Below, one piece after another: positions 56,783-64,000 of a stretch of DNA of 64,000 nucleotides. This stretch comes from a virus (Duplodnaviria; Caudoviricetes). Positions within the stretch are counted from its first letter, which is position 1. Every line of letters begins with the position of its first letter. The translations under genes and the position numbers were made by a program. The stretch spans positions 1,038 through 65,037 of the IMG/VR virus record IMGVR_UViG_3300040801_003690, one strand, 5' to 3'. The notes below the pieces were generated by a model that ran no database searches, was not told where the DNA came from, and worked only from the letters and a program-made list of their open reading frames with translations.

Positions 56783-58236
56783 TATTTTACCTTACGAACA
56801 GTGAATGGATATTTTTGTTCTTTATAAAACGCTTTTCGTTTGCTTAGATGCCGCTTGGAATATTTCGCATTTGAAGTTATATCATATACATTTAAATGGT
56901 CTTTGTCTTTTCCAACCCGGATTCCACGACCAATACTTTGTATAACTCTCACAAAACTTTTGCCCGGCTCAATCAACACAAGGTTAAATATTCTAACAAT
57001 ATTAATTCCAGTACTCGCAACTCCGTATGTTGCTATTATAACTTTGTTATCCGATGTTTTGATTTCATTGTATTCTTTGAATCTATCTGTACTTTTCAAT
57101 GTGCCATGAACGAAGACCGAACCGGGTATAAGATCTTTTAACATGTTGCCGGTTTTTATCTTGTCAACCAATATCAATGTATTACCAGTTTCAGCTATTG
57201 TACTAATTTCTTCTGCTAAAAACTCAATACGTCGTTTGTCGGTTGTAAGCCACGTGTGCTCTGCTTGATAGTTAGTAAAGATACTGGCATAATCCTGCAA
57301 CTGTAATACATTTATGTTCAAGGTAGCCAGAACACCTTTGTCCTGTAATTCTTTTGTTTCAATGGTCCCTATCAACGGACCAACGACCGCTTCGATGGCA
57401 ACTCCTTGATAATCTTCCTTTGGAATCGTGCCGGTTAGTCCCCACCGAATGGGGATACCACCAAAATTTCTCGACAGTAAATTACGCAAGACATCGGCCT
57501 TTGCTTTGTGAGATTCGTCCACTATTATCCCGGCAGTCCCATCAACCAACCATTCGAAACAAAATTCAGGATCATAATACTTGCTTTTTTTATTTAAAAC
57601 ATCCAGACTTTGCCAAGTACATATGGTATGTTGTCGTCCAAATTCTTTTCTATCACCATAATATACTCCAACATCTAGCCCGAAATTCACATAATCCTCT
57701 TCTGTTTGAACAACTAAGTCTTTTGTCGGCACAATCACGAGGGACTTGCCATACTTGCTAATTTTGTCCGACAATATAGCAGTCACAATCGTTTTTCCGC
57801 TCCCAGTGGGAGCTACTGAGACTCCCTGCGGAGATGCTAGAAAAGTATTAATATAGTCTACCTGATAATCCCTTAGTACAATGGGTTCTCCTTCCATCTG
57901 ATGCCCTTCTGGCCACGTAAGATGGGAATACGAATGCTTGTCTACCGTTTCAAATTCGAAATCATATTTTTCGCGTCGATCTTTAATATTGATATAATAT
58001 CCAGCATCTTGTACTATTGGTATCAAACGATCCAATAAATGAAAATATGATCTAGAACCAATGTCACAATACCTAACAGTTCCATCCCATCTTCCCAACT
58101 TATATGCTGGGGTATGGACTGCGTGGGGTATGAAAAATTTTAATTTATCGGATAATTTTCTTCTTGTGACAACATCCAGCCCTATAAAACGGATATTAAC
58201 CTCGTCAATTATTTCAAGAGTACATTCTTTGGACAT
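56779..58236 (-). CDS. uvsW: SF2 helicase UvsW-like
   Basis: LRDYQ, PTGSGKT, DESH, GLTGT, STGINI, QSIGRG.R. Confidence 0.92.
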   Translation of the reverse strand: MSKECTLEIIDEVNIRFIGLDVVTRRKLSDKLKFFIPHAVHTPAYKLGRWDGTVRYCDIGSRSYFHLLDRLIPIVQDAGYYINIKDRREKYDFEFETVDKHSYSHLTWPEGHQMEGEPIVLRDYQVDYINTFLASPQGVSVAPTGSGKTIVTAILSDKISKYGKSLVIVPTKDLVVQTEEDYVNFGLDVGVYYGDRKEFGRQHTICTWQSLDVLNKKSKYYDPEFCFEWLVDGTAGIIVDESHKAKADVLRNLLSRNFGGIPIRWGLTGTIPKEDYQGVAIEAVVGPLIGTIETKELQDKGVLATLNINVLQLQDYASIFTNYQAEHTWLTTDKRRIEFLAEEISTIAETGNTLILVDKIKTGNMLKDLIPGSVFVHGTLKSTDRFKEYNEIKTSDNKVIIATYGVASTGINIVRIFNLVLIEPGKSFVRVIQSIGRGIRVGKDKDHLNVYDITSNAKYSKRHLSKRKAFYKEQKYPFTVRKVKY

Positions 58237-58263
58237 ATATAAACCTTTGGCAATTGTGCAACA

Positions 58264-58292
58264 ATTATAACAAAATAAAGCAATTTTGTCAA
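58264..58292 (-). promoter_or_regulatory. Sigma70-type promoter for the uvsW operon
   Basis: TTGACA-17 bp-TATAAT. Confidence 0.88.
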
Positions 58293-58328
58293 TGAAATCA
58301 GAAAGGTATATTACTTATGGAATCATCA

Positions 58329-59453
58329 TCAAACACTGGGCGGAGGTATGAATGATGGTAATGAAACGTTAGGAAGGTCAAATGTTTCCAATACATCTGT
58401 AGGAGCAAAATTCTCCGGCAACTGGGTATTTGAATTGAGCTTGGTTACGGTGTTGTTAGCGAAGTCTTTGACGAAGTCTACGCCCGGAGTCAAAATATTG
58501 TCATTTAGATAAGTAAATGCGCTTTGCGTAACGGTAACTACGGCACCTACTGCCGCAACAACCGCAAGTTTAACGTTTTGAGTGATAGTAGAAACCACAT
58601 TACCTAATTCATCTATAAAGTCAAAGTCAGTCCCAACCTCTAGTGGAACACCATCCTTTACTATTTCTATGGCACTGGCAATAACCGAATCTGCATCAGC
58701 CCCCGCTTCTATTGCGGCGTTGGCCAACTCAGCAATTTCATCTACTTCCATGGGTAACTCCAGCTCTTCTGTGGCCTCCTCGATGACCGTGGTGACTGAT
58801 TTTGGCAAAACCTCTAACTCTGTCAACGGAGTGTCGCCAGCAAAACCGGTTATAGATTCAATAGGTGTTCCCACCGGAGGTGTAAGCTTTAGCGTTTGTC
58901 CAGAACCATGTATTTGTGGATTTGTCGGATACTTGGTATCCTGATATTCGCTTCCCTGATCGGTTGTGTAACTTCCAAAAACACTACCCCGTAAATCACC
59001 TTCTGTTACACTAACCTCACCTTGAATAATCACGTCCCCGAAAACCCATCCTTCCGTTTCCATCGTGCTGTAAATATCGGCGAGACTCGATACAGTGGGG
59101 GAGCCAAAGACTTTGGCTTTATTAAATATAGATACAGTATCAGATCCATTGCCAATTGTTCCTGCGCCAAAAACAACGGCATTCCCATATATATTGCAAT
59201 TACCCTCAATCACAACGTCTCCGAACACCTTGGCATTTCCAGATACTGAGGAACCGGCTTTCATGACCACCGTGTCAGCCACGAACGCCGTATTAGCGAC
59301 CCACCCACCAGACTCTCCTCCGCCGCTGTTGGGGTGAAGGTGGCCCAATGCGTTGCCTTCAGGAAAAGCAACTTCTATCGAATCGAACCAATTATGACGA
59401 GCGTCATTTTTGTTCAGTCCATATGTATAATTACCAAGAAAAGCTGGATGCAT
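58329..59453 (-). CDS. Late protein with hexapeptide (left-handed beta-helix-like) repeats (374 aa)
   Basis: GGWVANTAFV...VSGNAKVFGDVVIEGNCNIYGNAVVFG; late motif at 59459-59466. Confidence 0.7.
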   Translation of the reverse strand: MHPAFLGNYTYGLNKNDARHNWFDSIEVAFPEGNALGHLHPNSGGGESGGWVANTAFVADTVVMKAGSSVSGNAKVFGDVVIEGNCNIYGNAVVFGAGTIGNGSDTVSIFNKAKVFGSPTVSSLADIYSTMETEGWVFGDVIIQGEVSVTEGDLRGSVFGSYTTDQGSEYQDTKYPTNPQIHGSGQTLKLTPPVGTPIESITGFAGDTPLTELEVLPKSVTTVIEEATEELELPMEVDEIAELANAAIEAGADADSVIASAIEIVKDGVPLEVGTDFDFIDELGNVVSTITQNVKLAVVAAVGAVVTVTQSAFTYLNDNILTPGVDFVKDFANNTVTKLNSNTQLPENFAPTDVLETFDLPNVSLPSFIPPPSV

Positions 59454-59475
59454 ATTAATATTTATCTACTTTCTA

Positions 59476-59940
59476 TTAGATATTGATGTCTTCGAGACCA
59501 GCCGCTCGTAATTTCACGATATGAGACAACATCCACCCCTTCTGTTCCAATCCTTTATACAAACCTAGGTATTTGTTTCTCAGCAAGGCCACTTCGTTAA
59601 CTAAGTAGGTCAAAGCTACAACATCTTCGTCGCCATCTGTATATTTTTCACAATCTCTAGATGATAAAGAACGTGGATAATTTTCAAGATACTTCTTAAA
59701 TACTGATGATCTTAATTTCCTAAGGCGTATATTCAGATATTCGAGAATACCCTCTATTTCTTGCAACTGAAGGTAACGGTGCTCGACAATACCGGGCAAT
59801 TCAGAACCATGTTGTTCTATAGATTTCCCATTTTTCAAAGATAATTCCTTCTTTGCCTCCTGCAATTCCGATTCAAAATGTTCTACGCAATCGGGAATAT
59901 TGCCTAAATCAGAAGATACTTTATAATACCATTCACTCAT
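59476..59940 (-). CDS. uvsY: Recombination mediator UvsY-like
   Basis: Helical 154 aa, 'KY.D.DED.......V.....N....L.KGL..K.W.L..IVKLR'; near uvsX and uvsW. Confidence 0.7.
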   Translation of the reverse strand: MSEWYYKVSSDLGNIPDCVEHFESELQEAKKELSLKNGKSIEQHGSELPGIVEHRYLQLQEIEGILEYLNIRLRKLRSSVFKKYLENYPRSLSSRDCEKYTDGDEDVVALTYLVNEVALLRNKYLGLYKGLEQKGWMLSHIVKLRAAGLEDINI

Positions 59941-60283
59941 CTTTGGGCATTACCCTAGAAACACCATTTATCATAGCTTTAATGAAATAAACTGCTCTAC
60001 GATGGAAATTTGGTATTCTAACACGTAATTGCATCGTTTTTCTGGGAACCCCAAGATCGGATTCTAATTTCTCGTGCATGTTGGTAATATTAGCCGGGTT
60101 AATTAGCCATTTTGCTAATTCCTTGCTTGTCAAACACATCTCATGCATATCTTCTAACAATGCATGTGTTTGTTTAACGTCTTTATCTTCTATTGCACGA
60201 TATAGTGCAGTTAATTTTAAATCAACCGCATCATTACCACTCTGAATATCCATCATCCTCTTCGTCCTCTTCGTTAGTACCAA
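59933..60283 (-). CDS. Hypothetical protein
   Basis: ORF in operon order; start probably MMDIQ. Confidence 0.55.
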   Translation of the reverse strand: MVLTKRTKRMMDIQSGNDAVDLKLTALYRAIEDKDVKQTHALLEDMHEMCLTSKELAKWLINPANITNMHEKLESDLGVPRKTMQLRVRIPNFHRRAVYFIKAMINGVSRVMPKDE

Positions 60284-60461
60284 AATGAGAGAGCATAGCC
60301 GCGTCTATGAATTTATCCACGCCCACTGCCATGAGTTCACTGTCTATGTAACCATAATCGTCAAACACAGACACAAGGACATCAGCAGCATGCAATCTCT
60401 CTTTATTGGCAATGAAGGGTTTCAAACTTTCCCATATTTCAATCATTAAATCTGAAGACAT
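60234..60461 (-). CDS. Small acidic hypothetical protein (75 aa)
   Basis: GGAGG SD. Confidence 0.65.
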   Translation of the reverse strand: MSSDLMIEIWESLKPFIANKERLHAADVLVSVFDDYGYIDSELMAVGVDKFIDAAMLSHFGTNEEDEEDDGYSEW

Positions 60462-60542
60462 TTTACCTCCAAAAAATTATATGTAATAGCACATGTCATG
60501 GGGCTATTTATATAAAATATTATATAATTTTCTTCAAAAAAA

Positions 60543-61607
60543 TTATTCCTCATCGACTAATTCTGGGTCTTCGGGGACGAGGAGTGCTTTTTCATCATAT
60601 TCCATCATGATTTTTGTAAGCATCTCTCCGGTCCAATTTTTTCTGAAATCTATCAATGTCTCCCCATCCTTAGTGGTATATTCCAGTCTATTGCCTTTTT
60701 TCTCAACAATTCCCACCTTTTCAAACATTTCTAGCAATCCAGAATATGGATCCATTCCTGTCTCATACGGAATTTTAACCTGTACGCTCTCAAATGGCTT
60801 ACTATATCTGCTTTTCATAACTTTACATCCAGCCCGAATCCCCGTTACATCGGATATCTTATTTCCATCAGCATCTTCTTTCAACTTTAGCTTTTTCATA
60901 GCAACTACAATTGACGATGCGAAAATAAATCCACTTCCACCAGATATCTTGTCATCTGGATCAAACATGTCCTGTGACGCATAGGTGTGGTTTGTGCAAA
61001 CTACCGCAATTGGGTGTGGTGCAATTCGATTAACAACATTTCTAACCAGCGCAGTTAGCATCTTGGCCTTACGACCCATGTCGCCTTTCATGTCGCCTTT
61101 TTTGAATTGGTCTTCGTCGGTGGGCGTTAATAGCATGCCCAACGAATCTACCACAAATAATACTTTAGGTCGCTCATCATACTCCAAATCACCATAGTCG
61201 CTGTTATATTCTTCAACAAATTCATATATTGTTTTGGCTACGTCGTCAATCATGCTTACACCAATTCGAGTCAACCGTTCCGGAGACACATCAACATCCA
61301 ACGCTTCTAACCACGCCTTATCCAATGCATTTTCCGAGTCTAACAACACAACATATGCTCCCTCGTCCTGTGCATTTTTAGCTAAATTTCCAGAACACAC
61401 AAATGATTTACCAGACCCCGATTCCCCAGCAAAAACCGCTACTTTTCCGAATGGCACGCCCTTAAAAAAATCACCAGATATCCTGTAATTTAAGGTATAA
61501 TTGCCTGTCGAAATCCAGTATTTTGGGTCATTAAAACCCAACGACACTCCCTTGATATTTTTCGTAACTCCTTTACGAAATTTATTAAAATCTATTGCTC
61601 TTGACAT
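60543..61607 (-). CDS. uvsX: RecA/UvsX recombinase
   Basis: GESGSGKS, DSENAL, VDSLG, NHTY, SGG.G, KSR. Confidence 0.94.
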   Translation of the reverse strand: MSRAIDFNKFRKGVTKNIKGVSLGFNDPKYWISTGNYTLNYRISGDFFKGVPFGKVAVFAGESGSGKSFVCSGNLAKNAQDEGAYVVLLDSENALDKAWLEALDVDVSPERLTRIGVSMIDDVAKTIYEFVEEYNSDYGDLEYDERPKVLFVVDSLGMLLTPTDEDQFKKGDMKGDMGRKAKMLTALVRNVVNRIAPHPIAVVCTNHTYASQDMFDPDDKISGGSGFIFASSIVVAMKKLKLKEDADGNKISDVTGIRAGCKVMKSRYSKPFESVQVKIPYETGMDPYSGLLEMFEKVGIVEKKGNRLEYTTKDGETLIDFRKNWTGEMLTKIMMEYDEKALLVPEDPELVDEE

Positions 61608-61657
61608 CTATATTTTCCCTTCATTATGATTATATTTTTTGAACTTTATGTGAAAAC

Positions 61658-61686
61658 AAGCAAGCGGCCAAAAAAGCCGCCTGCTT
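61658..61686 (-). terminator. Probable terminator after the SSB gene
   Basis: AAGCAGGCGGC-TTTTTTG-GCCGCTTGCTT followed by GTTTT on the minus strand. Confidence 0.7.
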
Positions 61687-61697
61687 TAGTCATTATA

Positions 61698-62669
61698 TTA
61701 AGAACCCGTTCTAGCCTTCAATTTAGCCAAAATATCTTGGGAACTCATTGGAGGAGGATTCTCTGAAGGAACTTCGTCAGATTTTGCTTCCACTGTAGTT
61801 TCGGTGGATTCCATCTTTACTGTGGGTGCAGAATCATTGCTTGTTATTTTCGTGGAATCCGAGTCAGTTGTTGTATTTTCGGCATTATAACCATACGGCT
61901 TATAAAACTTAGACCACTTTGCTGGGTCATACATTTGTCCATTGACACTGGCCTCAAACATGGCCACGATAGCTTCCAGCGCTTCTTCGTCTGGCTTCTG
62001 GGGCAGGAAATCGGACAAGTTAAATAATCCATATTCCTCTATAGCCTGTAGCTGTTCCTGCGTCAGGGCCGATTCACGACGCGCCCACGCAGAGGTAGTA
62101 TACTCTGCATACTTGCCAGTTTTATTTTTAATAACTCTAAAATCGACCCCATTATCATAATCTGTGGGGATATCTTCCATTTCAGGGTCTAGCAGTGCTG
62201 CTTTAACTAACTTAAAAAGCTGAGGAGCTAACACAAATCTCCGGATTGGATTTTCTGGAGTTTCTTTCTCACCAAGGCCGTCTTTCTGGACAAACCCTTG
62301 AAAAAGATAGCTACGTTTTTTCCAATACCGCCTAGCCATTTCATCTAGTTCTGTACTAAACCAAGGACGAATTTCCGTTAAAATCGGGCACTGTTCCCCA
62401 TACATTTCCATACATGGCACCGAAATAGTAACCGGCTTAACTTCGTCTTCCCCCTTGATGCCTTCAAATGGAAGCTTAATCATTTGTTTCTCGACCCAGA
62501 AAAACACATTGTCACTGTCGCCATCGGGAAGAAAACGTAACGTAGATTCTCCGTTATTGTCGGGCAGATTCCAATGCGGGTAAACGGTGTTGTCAAATTG
62601 ACCGGCGTTTCCGAGTGCGGTGCGGTCTTGGGCCATAAGTTTCTTGCGAATTTCATCTAATCTGTTCAT
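61698..62669 (-). CDS. Single-stranded DNA-binding protein (T4 gp32-like)
   Basis: LRFLP, C..MYGEQCPI, YWKKRSY, DF...K....YA.Y.TS. Confidence 0.88.
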   Translation of the reverse strand: MNRLDEIRKKLMAQDRTALGNAGQFDNTVYPHWNLPDNNGESTLRFLPDGDSDNVFFWVEKQMIKLPFEGIKGEDEVKPVTISVPCMEMYGEQCPILTEIRPWFSTELDEMARRYWKKRSYLFQGFVQKDGLGEKETPENPIRRFVLAPQLFKLVKAALLDPEMEDIPTDYDNGVDFRVIKNKTGKYAEYTTSAWARRESALTQEQLQAIEEYGLFNLSDFLPQKPDEEALEAIVAMFEASVNGQMYDPAKWSKFYKPYGYNAENTTTDSDSTKITSNDSAPTVKMESTETTVEAKSDEVPSENPPPMSSQDILAKLKARTGS

Positions 62670-62762
62670 TTTTTGTATCCTTATCTGTATTAAAATTATG
62701 TACTAATAAACTCAAATATCATACATAAGTACAATATCCAATGTATTTATTAATATGAACAG

Positions 62763-62791
62763 ATTATACGCTATTTTATGTTATTTGTCAA
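62763..62791 (-). promoter_or_regulatory. Sigma70-type promoter for SSB
   Basis: TTGACA-17 bp-TATAAT. Confidence 0.88.
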
Positions 62792-62795
62792 GTAC

Positions 62796-63998
62796 TTATG
62801 ACTCTTCATTTAATTGAAACGCTTCTTCTTGGGCTTTATTGAAAATTTCTCGAACTACTTTTATTTCAAATTCATCCAACGACTGCTGCGATGCTATCTT
62901 TTCGCTTATTCTTCCCAAAAAGGCAGACAACGATTCGCTTTTCAGTGCATCGGCGGTTTCCCGTAGCTTATATGCTAGTTTATGCATTGTGTCATCAAAT
63001 TCTAAAACCCTATTATATGTGGGAAGTCTTTCAAACATTCCTCCAGCATCAATTTCGCTTAGTATAGATGTTTCATAAATTTCTTTTTCTTTTAGAAGAG
63101 AATTAATAAATGGGAACAAGTCTTCAATACTATCATCTAACTTTTTGACAGTAAACTGATCTTTGATATCGGAAACATCTCCATCGGTATTGATCGCCGA
63201 TTTTGCTGCTTCTTGAAATTTGCTATAATATGACGAATGCGTGGTTGGGGCAATAAATTTCTTTAAGTCGTATCTGGTTTGTGCTAGATTTTCTTTAACA
63301 AGGGCCACCGCGTCATCATTGCCTTCTATGAGACTTTTATTAGTGCGAGCATAGCGAAGAAACTCATTCATTTTCTTACAACGTTTGGAAACTTCAATAA
63401 TAAATTGACCAACTTCATCATCATATGAACCACCTTCGTTGAGATGTCTGGCCATGGCTCTAGCGCCTAATACAAAATTATTAGGGAACATATGTTTTTC
63501 TTCCCCGTGTTCCAACGCAATACTTTTAATATTTTTAACTCGGGTTATTGGTACATCTTCCTTAACTTCCTTATGATGTGTGTATTTTAGCCTAACTTCA
63601 CCGAGTCGTTGATATGAAGTTTTTCTAAACCCGTGTAATTTTCCTAATCTAGATTCTGATAATTCATTCATATCCTTGTCCTTCTGTGTCTTGGTAGTGA
63701 AAGAAAACATCTTAGGCTCTATTGTCTTTCCATATTCCTTCATTGTATAATTAAGTTGATATTCATCTGCGACCAGTCTGAGTGAATCAGTTATGGGCGC
63801 CAATGTGTCTTGGGGAGTTAGTGTAGATTTATTCACAACTATTTCGTCGTCGTCAATTTCGACCATATAATTGGGTTCGTCTACGAAGAACATGCGAGCC
63901 TGCTCTGGGTCAACAACTTCGTTGCCAGCTTCGTCATATGGCTTAATAAGGTGGCCGTTTCCTTTTAATATTCTAAAAATTCTTAGAGAAATAGTACT
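62796..63998 (-). CDS. Phage hypothetical protein, probably 5'-truncated by the window edge
   Basis: Frame stays open from 63893 to the edge (STISLRIFRILKGNG...); 'GARAMARH...GG'. Confidence 0.7.
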   Translation of the reverse strand, partial: STISLRIFRILKGNGHLIKPYDEAGNEVVDPEQARMFFVDEPNYMVEIDDDEIVVNKSTLTPQDTLAPITDSLRLVADEYQLNYTMKEYGKTIEPKMFSFTTKTQKDKDMNELSESRLGKLHGFRKTSYQRLGEVRLKYTHHKEVKEDVPITRVKNIKSIALEHGEEKHMFPNNFVLGARAMARHLNEGGSYDDEVGQFIIEVSKRCKKMNEFLRYARTNKSLIEGNDDAVALVKENLAQTRYDLKKFIAPTTHSSYYSKFQEAAKSAINTDGDVSDIKDQFTVKKLDDSIEDLFPFINSLLKEKEIYETSILSEIDAGGMFERLPTYNRVLEFDDTMHKLAYKLRETADALKSESLSAFLGRISEKIASQQSLDEFEIKVVREIFNKAQEEAFQLNEES

Positions 63999-64000
63999 TA

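Noticed and set aside
1-64000. Stop-codon reassignment
   Set aside because: Conserved genes are full length in the standard code, and TAA, TAG and TGA all occur as real stops.

Overview
A densely coding, AT-rich, almost entirely minus-strand segment of a large T4-superfamily myophage (jumbo-phage-like; gene content recalls RaK2/GAP32/XacN1-type phages, which is my recollection, not a search result). The likely host is Gram-negative, given the two-component spanin and proteobacterial-type ClpA/ClpS/GuaC. The window holds tail/baseplate genes (0-7.5 kb), a T4-like replisome and recombination block (gp41, gp61, gp44/62, UvsW/X/Y, gp32), nucleotide enzymes (class II RNR, ThyA, GuaC, HAD nucleotidase), translation components (IF-1, bS21), a cluster of probable head/internal proteins, and a near-complete proteostasis kit (ClpA, ClpS, ClpP, ClpX, DnaK, DnaJ, Hsp20, GroES). 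Two promoter classes are visible: consensus sigma70 promoters and a recurrent GATAAATA late-type motif. Best leads: (1) dnaK and hsp20 share a two-hairpin leader with compensatory changes and a ROSE-type thermometer hairpin behind a late promoter, suggesting a phage-encoded temperature-gated chaperone regulon; (2) a miniature DnaE-like polymerase is split into two genes 37 kb apart; (3) an A10 tract would fuse a head-cluster protein to a nucleotidyltransferase by -1 slippage; (4) several early genes appear leaderless and some promoters are embedded in hairpins. No tRNA, rRNA, CRISPR array or mobile element was recognised. All calls come from reading motifs by eye; no database search was run.
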